From: Octopus vulgaris
Taxonomy: Eukaryota
DNA length: 64,000 bases
Reading direction: 5' to 3'
Assembly (NCBI GenBank): GCA_951406725.2
Contig: OX597838.1
Span: 27,156,001-27,220,000 of the forward strand
Made by a program: the position numbers and the translations under genes. This document shows positions 48,791-61,244 of this stretch, in pieces. The notes below the pieces were generated by a model, which had not been told where the DNA came from, made no database searches, and was given only the letters and a program-made list of their open reading frames with translations. Each line of letters begins with the position of its first letter. Position 1 is the stretch's first letter.

Positions 48791-49317
48791 TAAGAGAGCT
48801 CTGATCAAAGGCATTCTGACTATGGCCATCCCGTCTTTATAAGGGAGGGGACTGTGGTTATTTAGCTGTTATTGTTATTACCTGTACCACTCCAGAGGTT
48901 TAGAGGTCACGTTATTATCTCCGTTATGAGTTCAGATCTTGACGAGGTCGACTTAGCTTTTTATGTCGTCTAACTCCTCCTCATTTAGTCTGTGCCTAAA
49001 CTAAAAACAATAAAAACAATTATTATTAGATAGGAAATTAGGCAGAGTCGTTTGAGCGTATTTCGGTTCTTTACGTCCTGGGTTCGAATCCGGCCAACGT
49101 CAACTTTGCCTTTTATTTCTCACGGGTTGGTCAAACAAAAGTACTTGTCAAATTTCTGACCGGAGGGCCAAGAAAGCTGACCGGAGGGCCATGCTTAAGA
49201 AGAAAAGGAACAAGAGGGGCATCCCCAGCATTGCCACAACCAACAAAAAAAAAATCGCAACCATCGTAGTATTCTCCAATGTCGTTACTCAAATGTGGTC
49301 CCTCCCTCCCGATTTTC

Positions 49318-49827
49318 GACTCCTTTGAAATAAAAGATTATAAATTAGAACATTAAAGAGGCATACGTATACGAGTGCGCCCCCACCTCGACTTTGTTTC
49401 CTCATAACTTTCAGAAAAATGGGTTATTTTTAATGAAATTTTCCACAAAAACTTTTCGGATGGTATAGTTTACCATCGTTTTGGTATTTGTTGTGGCAAA
49501 AGCAGAAAAAAAAAATTAATGGTGGTCGCGTACACCTTGATACTGACACATCACATTTATATCCACAAAATGAAACTTAGAATTTTGAAAAGATTTCTGT
49601 GAATCGAGTCAGTAGGTGCGCACTCACCATTTTTTCTTTTTTCCAGCATTAAATTCCGATATAATCGTAATGTACACCATCTGAGAGATATTTGTGGAAA
49701 ATTTCATAATAAATATCTCGTTTTTCTGAAAGTTATGAGGAAACAAAGTCGAGATGGGGGCGGGGGGGGGGGGTACACATAAGCTTTTCATGTCTTAATT
49801 TACAATTTTTTTTATTTCAAAGGAGTC
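49318..49827. mobile_element. Foldback/MITE-like element with ~220-bp imperfect inverted arms
   Basis: GACTCCTTTGAAATAAAA / TTTTATTTCAAAGGAGTC; CTCGACTTTGTTTCCTCATAACTTTCAGAAAAA / TTTTTCTGAAAGTTATGAGGAAACAAAGTCGAG. Confidence 0.75.
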
Positions 49828-50196
49828 TACAGATTTTATTCTATTCCCAACACATTGTAAAGTAGTAGTAATATTCATAATAACAATCCTTTCAAATATA
49901 GGCACAAGGCTTGAAGTTTTTTAGGGGACGAAGGGCTAGTCGATTATATCGACCCCCAAAAGGTAATGATGGACGGCTAAGCATTCTGTCCGGCGTGCTA
50001 TAACGACTCTTACTAGCTCACCACCGTCTTAAAATTAATAATAATGAAAATGGTCTCTTTTATTTGCCACTTAATAATAAGTAAGCCACCTGCTACATTT
50101 TCTGACTATGAAGTTTTATTATTAAATCATCTAGTTAGATATTCTGTAATACAAAAGAATGCTTCCGTCGATGTGTTTTAATTAATAGTTCTGAGA

Positions 50197-50745
50197 CGAA
50201 ATGCTTAGCGGTATTTCGTCTGCCGTTACGTTCTGAGTTCAAATTCCGCCGAGGTCGACTTTACCTTTCATCCTTTCGGGGTCGATAAATTAAGTAAGTA
50301 CCAGTTACGCACTGGGGTCGATGTAATCGACTTAATACCTATGTCTGTCCTTGTTTGTCCCCTCTGTGTTTAGCCCCTTGTGGGTAATAAAGAAATAGAA
50401 ATAGGTATTTCGTCTGCCGTTACGTTGTGAATTCAAATTCCGCCGAGGTCGACTTTGCCTTTCATCCTTTCGGGGTCGATTAAGTAAGTAAGTGCCAGTT
50501 ACGCACTGGGGTCGATATAATCGACTTAATACCTATGTCTGTCCTTGTTTGTCCCCTCTATGTTTAGCCCCTTGTGGGTAATAAAGAAATAGGTATTTCG
50601 TCTGCCGCTACGTTCTGAGTTCAAATTCCGCCGAGGTCGACTTTGCCTTTCATCCTTTCGGAGTCGATAAATTAAGTACCAAGTTACTAATCGACTGGGC
50701 ACCTCCCCCGAAATATCGGGCCGTGTGCTTAGGAGTAGAAAAGAA
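50197..50745 (+). repeat. SINE family B multimer (~2.5 units)
   Basis: Same AAATAGGTATTTCGTCTGCC junction as the 41.4-kb array. Confidence 0.8.
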
Positions 50746-50829
50746 TATTTTTTAAACCTCGTGGTTTAAAAAGTCGTAACGATAAAATATAAAAGAAATA
50801 ATTACTACTTTAATTAGTAGAACCAATTC

Positions 50830-51339
50830 GTTTGCGAGTCTTTCTTTCCTTTTCATTTTCTTTCTTTTTCTTCTTCCTGTCTTCCTCTTCTCTTTTCTTT
50901 TCTTCCTTGTGGTTCCTTCTTGCTTTCGTCTTCCTTTCTCCTTGTCTTCTTCGGCTTTTTTTTGTTCTTATTTTTCTACTTCCTTTCGTCTTTCTTCTTT
51001 CTTGCTTTTGTCTCTTCTTCTTCTTCTAATTTCTTCCTCCTGTTTCTCTTCCTCTTTCTTCTTCGCTTCGGCTTTCTTCTTCCCAAAATGTTAATGTCGA
51101 GATCGAGAGAGAGAGAGAGAAAGAAATAGCAGCAACGGCATTAGAAGCAGCAACAACTATCTTCTTTCTCATTCAACAATAAACTTAATTCGACATCATT
51201 ATCACCACCGCACGTTTTTCCACCGATCTCTCTATATCTCACGGAAGACATTTTTAGCAGTGGCAAACTACACACCGAGACACTGAGACAGTCGTTTTGT
51301 TTGCTGAGACACACATGTGGTGGATATATAAATGTAAGT
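50830..51339 (+). promoter_or_regulatory. Second promoter / first-exon-like region
   Basis: Long pyrimidine tract, GA repeat and unique CpG-retaining sequence; ATG at 51315 (MWWIYK); donor AAT|GTAAGT at 51333/51334. Confidence 0.35.
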
Positions 51340-52036
51340 TTGGCTGGCTTATTCGTATATATTCCCCCCCCCCTTTTGTTTGCTGTCTGATGCTAGAAAG
51401 GGGTTGCAGCAGGGCCGTTGGTTCAGTTTCAATAAACGTTTAAACATATATTAGTACGAACTAATTTTCCATGGTCCTTGTGACCGTGTGTATTTACGTG
51501 CATTTGAAATGCGGTCATGCTGGGGCAACGAACAAATCGACCCGAGCATTTATTTATTTTTTTAAAGTGTGGTACTTATTGTATCGGTCTCTATTGCCGA
51601 ACCGCTAGGTTACGGGTTTGTATACACACTAACACCGGTGGTGGACACACACACACACGTACACACACGACGAGCTTCTTTCAGTTTCCGTCTATCATAT
51701 CCATTCTTTGTAAGCCTAATACTTATTCTATCGTTCTCTTTTGCCGAACCGCTCAGTTACAGAGACTTAAACACACCAACATCAGTTGTGAAGCGATGGT
51801 GGGGGACAAACATAGACATACATACATACAAACACACACACACATACACATATATATGACAGGCTTCTTTCAGTTTCCATCTATCAAATCCACCCATAAG
51901 GCTTCAGTCGTCCCGAGGCTATAGTAGAAGACACTTGCCCAAGATGTGCCATGTAGTGGGACTAAACCCGGAACTATGTGCTTGGGAAGCAAGCTTCTTA
52001 CCACACAGCCATGCCTGCACATATATATGTTTGTAC

Positions 52037-52070
<34 letters not shown>

Positions 52071-52079
<9 letters not shown>

Positions 52080-53968
52080 TTAATAAGGGTGAGAGAATTA
52101 GATACTAATTTAATAGTATATCTATTCTACACCAAGTGGCCTAGTGCTCCGAGAAACCTGGATTATTATAATATTTTATAATATATTATAATATTTTTAC
52201 AAAATAAATATAAGAGAGTGGTCACTATATGGCTCACTCTAGCACCAGTTAATCCAAAAGGTTTCAACCACAAAAATACATGTTTCCCATGAAAGTCAGT
52301 ACGATTGTTAGCTCACACGGACAGGGCAAATAAAAAATAACAAATACAGATTATTTTGGGACAATTGTTTCGCTATTAATGAATTAAATGTAATTTTACT
52401 TACAATAAAATCCACTTGTAGCTCTTCAGCCAAAACTATCTGGATGAAATCCACTCAATCACACGCCAGATTTTACCATAACGATAAATACGCGTGTGGT
52501 TCAATTGATTACATCCGACGTTATAATTCAAATGCCCCAACTAACAGCGCGCCAAATTTTCACGGAAAACAAATACAGCATTTAGAAATAAATGCAGCAT
52601 AATTATAATTAATTAATAAGGGTGAGAGAATTAGATACTAATTTAATAGTATATCTATTCTACACCAAGTGGCCTAGTGCTCCGAGAAACCTGGATTATT
52701 ATAATATTTTACAATATATTACAATATTTTTACAAAATAAATATAAGAGAGTGGTCACTATATGGCTCACTCTAGCACCAGTTAATCCAAAAGGTTTCAA
52801 CCACAAAAATACATGTTTCCCATGAAAGTCAGTACGATTGTTAGCTCACACGGACAGGGCAAATAAAAAATAACAAATACAGATTATTTTGGGACAATTG
52901 TTTCGCTATTAATGAATTAAATGTAATTTTACTTACAATAAAATCCACTTGTATCTCTTCAGCCAAAACTATCTGGATGAAATCCACTCAATCACACGCC
53001 AGATTTTACCATAACGATAAATACGCGTGTGGTTCAATTGATTACATCCGACGTTATAATTCAAATGCCCCAACTAACAGCGCGCCAAATTTTCACGGAA
53101 AACAAATACAGCATTTAGAAATAAATGCAGCATAATTATAATTAATTAATAAGGGTGAGAGAATTAGATACTAATTAAATAGTATATCTATTCTACACCA
53201 AGTGGCCTAGTGCTCCGAGAAACCTGGATTATTATAATATTTTATAATATATTATAATATTTTTACAAAATAAATATAAGAGAGTGGTCACTATATGGCT
53301 CACTCTAGCACCAGTTAATCCAAAAGGTTTCAACCACAAAAATACATGTTTCCCATGAAAGTCAGTACGATTGTTAGCTCACACGGACAGGGCAAATAAA
53401 AAATAACAAATACAGATTATTTTGGGACAATTGTTTCGCTATTAATGAATTAAATGTAATTTTACTTACAATAAAATCCACTTGTATCTCTTCAGCCAAA
53501 ACTATCTGGATGAAATCCACTCAATCACACGCCAGATTTTACCATAACGATAAATACGCGTGTGGTTCAATTGATTACATCCGACGTTATAATTCAAATG
53601 CCCCAACTAACAGCGCGCCAAATTTTCACGGAAAACAAATACAGCATTTAGAAATAAATGCAGCATAATTATAATTAATTAATAAGGGTGAGAGAATTAG
53701 ATACTAATTTAATAGTATATCTATTCTACACCAAGTGGCCTAGTGCTCCGAGAAACCTGGATTATTATAATATTTTACAATATATTACAATATTTTTACA
53801 AAATAAATATAAGAGAGTGGTCACTATATGGCTCACTCTAGCACCAGTTAATCCAAAAGGTTTCAACCACAAAAATACATGTTTCCCATGAAAGTCAGTA
53901 CGATTGTTAGCTCACACGGACAGGGCAAATAAAAATAACAAATACAGATTATTTTGGGACAATTGTTT

Positions 53969-53971
<3 letters not shown>
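52071..53971 (-). repeat. 533-bp HHR-containing tandem array (~3.6 units) inserted in (TA)n
   Basis: Unit starts at 52071, 52604, 53137 and 53670; nearly identical units; no ORF. Confidence 0.9.
52347..52442 (-). ncRNA. Type I hammerhead ribozyme (further copies at 52880-52975, 53413-53508; partial at 53945-53971)
   Basis: CAGATAGTTTTGG-CTGAAGA-GCTA(long stem-loop)TAGC-GAAA-CAATTG-TC-CCAAAATAATCTG; canonical core, palindromic stem III, GUC. Confidence 0.8.
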
Positions 53972-54024
<53 letters not shown>

Positions 54025-54564
54025 TATTGATAATGTCCATTTTCTTGAACTTGCATGGGTTAATCAGAAGTCTTTGAGACAGATGCTCTTTCTGTTGTCA
54101 ACTTCTGTCTATTTCCAGGCAAGGTAAAGTTCTATTGTTGCATGGTCAGACACACACACACAGATGCCAAAAAAAGTGTTACAAATATTTGTCTTAATTT
54201 GGGAATTATTTGAGGTTTGGACTGGTTAAACTTGTTAAAGAAGATCTGACATATGCCCCAATGTCCTTCCAAGAAAGCCATCCACTAGAGAGAGAGAGAT
54301 CTGGAATAATCATTCCAGTTGGCCACTCCACTGTCATGCTGGCCATCTCTCATGGCTACGGAAAAGAGCATCTCTTTTGCATCACCCTGTATCATTATTA
54401 TGTATCTAGGATTACATTGTGTCCTTTTTTTTCTTAAGTCAGTAGGGTGTGATTTTTGGGGTATTTAGCTACTATTTTTAAAAGGCCAACTGACTGCATA
54501 GAGGCCTCCTTGTCTGATATTATCTCCACTTGTGTTATTGTTAGGCTCCTGGGACCCTTGTTGA

Positions 54565-54870
54565 ACTGACTGAAGCAGTCCAATGTTACATTGGGCTTCA
54601 TAAGGATCTCACAATGGTGGAGAAAAGAAATTTGAGACGGTATGGCTAGTTCACAAGATGGTATGGCTATTTTACAAGATCTAGTGTTCATGAAAAGACC
54701 ATCTTTCAAGGAATTGTGAAGAGAAAAAGAGAGGCTTATAGAAGAAAAAAAATGAGTGGAGGACTACATGAAGGAATAGCTCTGGCACACAGCCACAGTA
54801 GATGAGGAAGACTGGTGTACAGCATTTTATGATGAGACATAAACATCAGGCCCACTGTGTAGAATTTGGG
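54565..54870 (+). pseudogene. Decayed RTE LINE 3' fragment
   Basis: TMVEKRNLRRYG*FTR...EKTIFQGIVKRKRE...EDYMKE (cf. RKLKWYGHVTR...KTILQGTV). Confidence 0.55.
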
Positions 54871-55697
54871 GAAAACCTCTTTTGCTGTAGCCCCATGCTA
54901 ACCAATGCCTTATGAGGAAATTTGGATGAAGAAACAGAAAGAAGCCAGTCATATATTTATGTGTGTGTGTGTGTGTGTGAATGTTCTTAAAATTACATTG
55001 AACTACATATTGTCATGTCACAGTCATGTCACTGTGATTGGACAACAACTGGTGACATTTGACATTTCCTGGCAAAGTATTATGTATATGTGAGTTCATA
55101 TTTCATTATGTCATGTAAACAAAAGACTCGCTATTCCATACAGATGAAGCCATTTGCTTTGTAGTTCGTATCATATGCATGTTAGGGTTTCCTTAACATA
55201 TCTTGACATGTTGCTTGATGTAAACAAAGGGCTCGTCTGTATGGTATCATTTGTTTCTTGTTTTTCTACATAAAACATGTTTGGACTGTTTGTTATTTTG
55301 ATAGATTTGTGGGGGTCATTAGCTTACTTGGAAACAACAGTGTTGGTGATAGGAAGGGCATCCCAGCATAGGAAACTTTGCTTCAGCTTACTCTTGTCTA
55401 ACTTATTCAAGTATGGAAAAGTAGATTTTAAAATATCTTTTTTTTAAAAATTTTTATTTTAGTTTGAGACTGCAGCCGTGCTGGGGGTACCAAACTGAAG
55501 GGTTTAGTCAAATAAATCTACCCCACTCCTTACTTTTGTTTCTAAGTTTGGTACTTAATTTGTCTCTTTTTGCTGAACTAAGTTATGGGGATGTAAACAA
55601 ACCAGCATTGATTGTTAAGCATTGGTGGGGAAAACACACATACATGTTGTATTTCAGCTGGGTTGGTATTGAAAAGGTTAATTTAGATCTTTTTTAA

Positions 55698-56170
55698 CCC
55701 TTTCGTTACAAACCTGGCTGAAACCAGCTCTGGCTCTGTAGTACATATGTCTTGTTTTCATAAGTTTTGAATTAAAATCTCCCACCAAACCTTAGTCCCA
55801 ATTTATGTTCCCAACACCAGCTTAATGATAACTAAGTTATCTTACTAAATTCTTAGTTATATTTAAAATTAATTGAAAGAAACACAGAGCATCTCAACAG
55901 AAATATGGTAACAAAAGTGTTAAAATATATAATAGAGGAACAATTCTTAACCCTTTCAATACCAACCCAGCTGAAACTGCCTCTGGCTCTGTAGAACAAA
56001 TGTTTTGTTTTCAAAAGTTTTGAATTAAAATCTTCCACCAAACCTTAGTCACAATTTATGTTCCTAACACTAGCTTAACGATAACGAAGTTATTTTACTG
56101 AATTCTTTGTTATATTTAAAGTAATTGAAAGAAATACAGAACATCTCAACAGAAATATGGCATAGAAGGG
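55698..56170. mobile_element. Two adjacent piggyBac-like MITEs (55698-55919, 55951-56170)
   Basis: TTAA-CCCTTTC...GGG/GTG-TTAA; inverted relative to the copy at 193. Confidence 0.8.
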
Positions 56171-57115
56171 TTAAAGAAGAAGCTTGTATCATAGAACCAA
56201 GGATGGTTTGAGGTGTTAAAACAGGAAGTTTGTGTTATAGAACCAGGGATGGTCTGAAACGGGCTGGCATCTAAAGGATTAAATAAAGACACCTCTATTC
56301 TGTATCATTTTTACTTTGAGCTTTGTTCTCTTCTATGTATTTGGTGCAACTAAGTGTACAACTCCTTTGTTTCTTCCTGTTTGGATTAACAAGTATTTAC
56401 TTAGATAAATTCATTGCATCATTATTTGGCAACTGTGTAATCCAATCTAAGTGATTGCTGCTTAACTGGCTTAATCTCCATTTTTATCTATATTATTATT
56501 ATTATTATTATTATTGTTATTATTTTCCTTTTTTTTTTATTGTACATTTGTTTGCAATTTGGAAATATTTTCCATTGTTTTGTTGAGAATTGTCAAATCA
56601 ATTTTTCCGGAATTGTTCTTGTAAACTTATCTCAGAGCTAGCTGTTTCATACGGTTTAATATTTGTATAAATAGGAAGGAATGTAGCATATTAAAAATAC
56701 ACGATTTTAATGGTACTTTGATGATTATTTAGACTGAAGTGTGTTTCGTAATTTAAATATCTTTCCCTTCTGTTTTTGTTCTATCAAAACCTGTTCACTG
56801 TACAGAGTTACTGTTCTGATAAGACAGGCTACCATACAGACCAAATGAATATCCACTGAAAGTTGTTTGGCTTTCTTTACTATTTTTCGTTCTTAAACTA
56901 GTCTAAGGAGGAAGACCAATGACTGACACTTTTTGGGGCCTTCAAGTCCTCTATAAAGGACTATGTATGTATGTATATATATACATTTATTATTATTGAA
57001 ATTATAATATATATATACCCATTTCCTTCCGGTCATTCAAAATGTGACCGCGTGTGTACCATTGGTGATTTTTTTTTCCTCTGTCTCCCCTCCGCTGGAT
57101 CTTTCCTCCTCCTAT

Positions 57116-57150
57116 GTTTCCGCCGAAGAGCTCCGCTCGAAACGTTAAAC
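57116..57150 (+). ncRNA. Degenerate minimal hammerhead-like motif, family of 18835
   Basis: GTTT-CCGCCGAA-GAGC(tcc)GCTC-GAAA-CG-TT-AAAC; A6 mutated. Confidence 0.4.
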
Positions 57151-57527
57151 CCTCCTTTCCTTCTTTCCTGAGCGTCCAATAATACTATATTTGTTCCACG
57201 TCCTCGTGTTGTGTTTTTTTGTGCTTTCATGTTTTGATTAACTTTATATATATATATATATATATAGGGAGAATTCACAAAAAAAATAAAAGACGAAGAC
57301 AGTTGGTGTAGACAACAAACAGATGTATTAGTAATTATGCTTGGGAAGTGAAAAAGTCTTTTAATGTTTTGAGCCTACGCTCTTCCACAGAAAGAAACAA
57401 GGAATATATATACAATGGACTTCACAAACGGTGAACCTAACTATAATGTAAGACCTTCAAACCTTTGGTCATTTTCTTTTCCGATGTATCCCTCTACCTT
57501 TCGCTCTTCTCTACCTCTGACCTCTTC

Positions 57528-57604
57528 GTTCTGATGATGTCTGCCATTGGCAATGAGGCAAAAATATATTTTCCTCACCATGGTACACAGAAACGATCGT
57601 AAAC
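57528..57604 (+). ncRNA. Type I hammerhead ribozyme with long stem II
   Basis: GTT-CTGATGA-TGTCTGCCAT..TGAGG..CCTCA..ATGGTACACA-GAAA-CGATCG-TA-AAC. Confidence 0.65.
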
Positions 57605-59969
57605 TCACTCTCACCTTTCTTAACTAATTGAATAATGACTTCCTAGCACAAAAGACACACTAATTGTTATTTTTCCTCCATTTTCTTATTGTCTTTATAA
57701 ATCAAACTATGGTTTACCTGCCAAATTACCTGCTGCCCCCATACCTTTTACCAAGGACTATACCTACTGAGGCAATTACCAGGAGTGCCTTTGGATATAT
57801 CTATCCCTTAGAGGGTTTAAACACCTCTAACTTATACCTGCATAACATATATGTATGTTTATGTCTATATATATATATATACATACACATACATATACAT
57901 ATACAAGTTGAAATTAAAAGTTTAAATTTAAAATTAAAATTTTACGTGTTGGGCATGTCCCTGCTAATAAAGCACATTCACTGCCTATGATAAATAAATA
58001 CCATGTGATAATTTCCAGTATATTCTATCTTCCGTATTCATTGTTTCATATATATATATATATGTGGAAGCGCAATGGCCCAGTGGTGAGGGCAGCGGAC
58101 TCGCGGTTGTAGGATCGCGGTTTCGATTCCCAGACCGGGCTTTGTGTGTGTTTATTGAGCGAAAACATCTAAATATTCATGAGGCTGCGGCAGGGGGTGG
58201 TGGCGATCCCTGCTGTACTCTTTCGCCACAACTTTCTCTCACTCTTTCTTCTGTTGGCCTGCTCGCTTAACCAGCGGGGTGGTGTCATTTGAAGGCTAAA
58301 ACAATGCGAAGTGCATTGTGACTGGTGATGTGTAGCAACAGCTGATAGCCTGGTCGGTCACGGTGATCACGGTGACATATATATATACACACATATACAT
58401 TCATATATCAGTTGCAGCTCCGGCACTCAGGCTCTTCAGGCTTAGCCTGAGTATAAATTCAGTAAAGTGAAAGTGTATTTGCCAGCTGATTCAATTTCTG
58501 CCAACTCTGACTCCAAGTGTATAATTGCAGCCAATAACTCAGGCTAATACAAACGAGCCTGGTAGGTGTAAAAAAAACTAACTGGCATCTCTTGTCCAAG
58601 GTTACAGGTGACAGTCAGATCGCTGATGTTTGTTGTGCACTCTGCTGTCATTATTTGATTGCAGTTATTCTGTGCGTCTGAGTGTAAAGATCAGTTGTGT
58701 TTTGTAGGGTTGCTTTATTTTTTACCCTTTACTTAGAAATAGAGAAAGATATGGTGCTAGATATAAAAAGAAATAAGGCATTTGGGGCTAGAAATAAAGT
58801 GGGAAAACGTGAAATTCTTCAAGCAGGCATGTGTCTTACACGAAATCTGTGACGTGCCTAAGTGATGCTGATGACCAAGAGTCGCCTCTGAGAGATATAT
58901 ATATATATATATATATATATGTATAAAAATACAAACTGGGACAAGAACGCAAAACATTTAGGAGACGATACAAAAAACACGGACGGGACATTCGGAGCCT
59001 TCAATCTTCAGTCAAAAACTGGATCATCCTCGCAATTTCGGCTGATTAATCTTGATATATATATATATATATATATTGGCGTTAAGAAGGGCATCCAGCT
59101 GTAGAAACTCTGCCAGATCAGATTGGAGCCTGGTGCAGCCATCTGGCTTGCTAGTCCTCAGTCAAATCGTCCAACCCATGCTAGCATGGAAAGTGGACGT
59201 TAAACGATGATGATGATGATATATATATATATACATATATGATAAATTTATTTCAGTTTCTATTTCACAAATTTATTTACAGGACTTTGATTGGCCTGGG
59301 GTTTTGAGACTGAATCGAAAGCCATGTGGTTTGTGAAGCAAACTTCTTGAGTATACCGCTATGCCTGCACCTTTATATTTATTTTCCACAAAATGTCTTG
59401 TACCGAATCTAGGGCAGCTCCTTTCATGTGAATAATAGCAGAATTACTAACATCAAAAGTAACACCTCTGTAATTAGAAAAATAACTGCGACTCACAGGA
59501 TATCTAATACTTGCATAAGAGAAGGAAAAAATATCAGAACACTATAATTATATCTAATAATGTCAGTTGGGTCTAATCTAAGAAGAAGCCTCATACAAAT
59601 GTAAATGAATGTGTGAGCCCACATGACTGCTCACAATGCTCTAACACACATGTTCTTTTATTCTTGTATCAGTCAGTTTACTGCGGCCATGCTGGAGCAC
59701 CGCCTTGAAGGGTTTTGGTTGAAGAAATCGACCCTAGGACTTGTCCTTTGTAAGCCTAGTACTTATTGTATCGGTGCTGGACTGCCGAGTTATGGGGAAA
59801 TTCACCCCACGGCTTATTCTTTGTAAGTTTAGTACTTACTCTATTAGTCTCTTTTGCTGAACTGATAAGTTATAGGGATGTAAACACACCAGCATCAGTT
59901 GTCCAGTAATGGTGGCGGGGATAAACACAGACACACACACAAACGCTGACACATACACATACAATTACA

Positions 59970-60030
<61 letters not shown>

Positions 60031-61188
60031 ACATATAAGGGATGGCCATAATAGAACATCCGACTCACTAGAAAGAGCAGCTAAACTCCAAACCACTAAT
60101 AGTTGTAATTCTGAAATGGAAAGAGAAATAAAAACGTTTACCCTCTCCTTTCTGGACTATGCATAGTTTCAGCAATCTTTTGTAAATAAAATAAATTTAT
60201 TTACAACTGGCGTTGCTTCTTCATGTTTGAATGTATATTACATAGTCTATTGACTATTTTTTTCTTTCTCACTTGACCGCTAGTAGCGGAGAATTCTTCT
60301 AGAATTTTTTGCTACCCTAAAATTTATTAATATATATATATATATAAATATACAATGGGCTTCTTTCAGTTTCCATCTACCAAACCCATTCGCAAGGCTT
60401 TGATCAGTCCAAGTCCATAGTAGAAGACACTTGCCCAAGGTGCCACGGTGTAGGACTGAACCTGAAACCATGTGGCTGGGAAGCAAGCTTCTTATCACAC
60501 AGCTGTGCCTTTGCCTACATGTGTATATTTGTGTACCAACAGGTGAGTCTCTGTGGTCTTTTGGTGTGCTAGAAATAGCAACCAAATTTCTCAATTCGGA
60601 CGCCCTTTTTTTATGTTAAAGAAAAGACGGAAACATTTAATTCAGTGTTGGCCAAAGTGAGATTTGAACTCAGACTGCAAAGAGCTGGAGCAAATACTGC
60701 AAGGCAACTGGTCTGACGTTCTTACAAGTCTGCCCACTCGTTGACCGGGATTTAGTGCTTGACCAGTGCTCTGTGTGTTTTTGAAATGATTATTTGTTTT
60801 AACTGTATCATTGAGTAAATAACCACACCACAGTAAACATGTCTCGCAAAAGAGCAAGTCTGATTAATGATTAAATGTTTTATAGGTTTAGTACAGCTTG
60901 GAAAGAAGAAAACTATTGATGAGAAATGATAAAAAGTGCCCCAAAGTCATGTCGCTATATATATTATATACTAAAATGCACCAAAGTCATGTCCATAGTA
61001 TATATATATATATATTATATAGTCACATACATGCATGTATATATATGTATTACTAAAGACATGACAGGTGCACTTACTAACTTTTGTATGTACATACACA
61101 CATACCTATACATGTATATGTACAAATATATATTTAAATTAAGACATGGCTTTAGTGCATATGTATGTGTGCATATCTTTATTTACAA

Positions 61189-61244
<56 letters not shown>

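Noticed and set aside
52622-53891. Duplicate 67-aa ORFs (MRELDTNL...)
   Set aside because: Open in only two of four repeat units, with a GTG start and no homology signal.
58920-59055. Further hammerhead in a TA-flanked repeat (CTGAAGA...CCGAAT on minus)
   Set aside because: The GAAA box and stem II are not satisfied; too degenerate to call.
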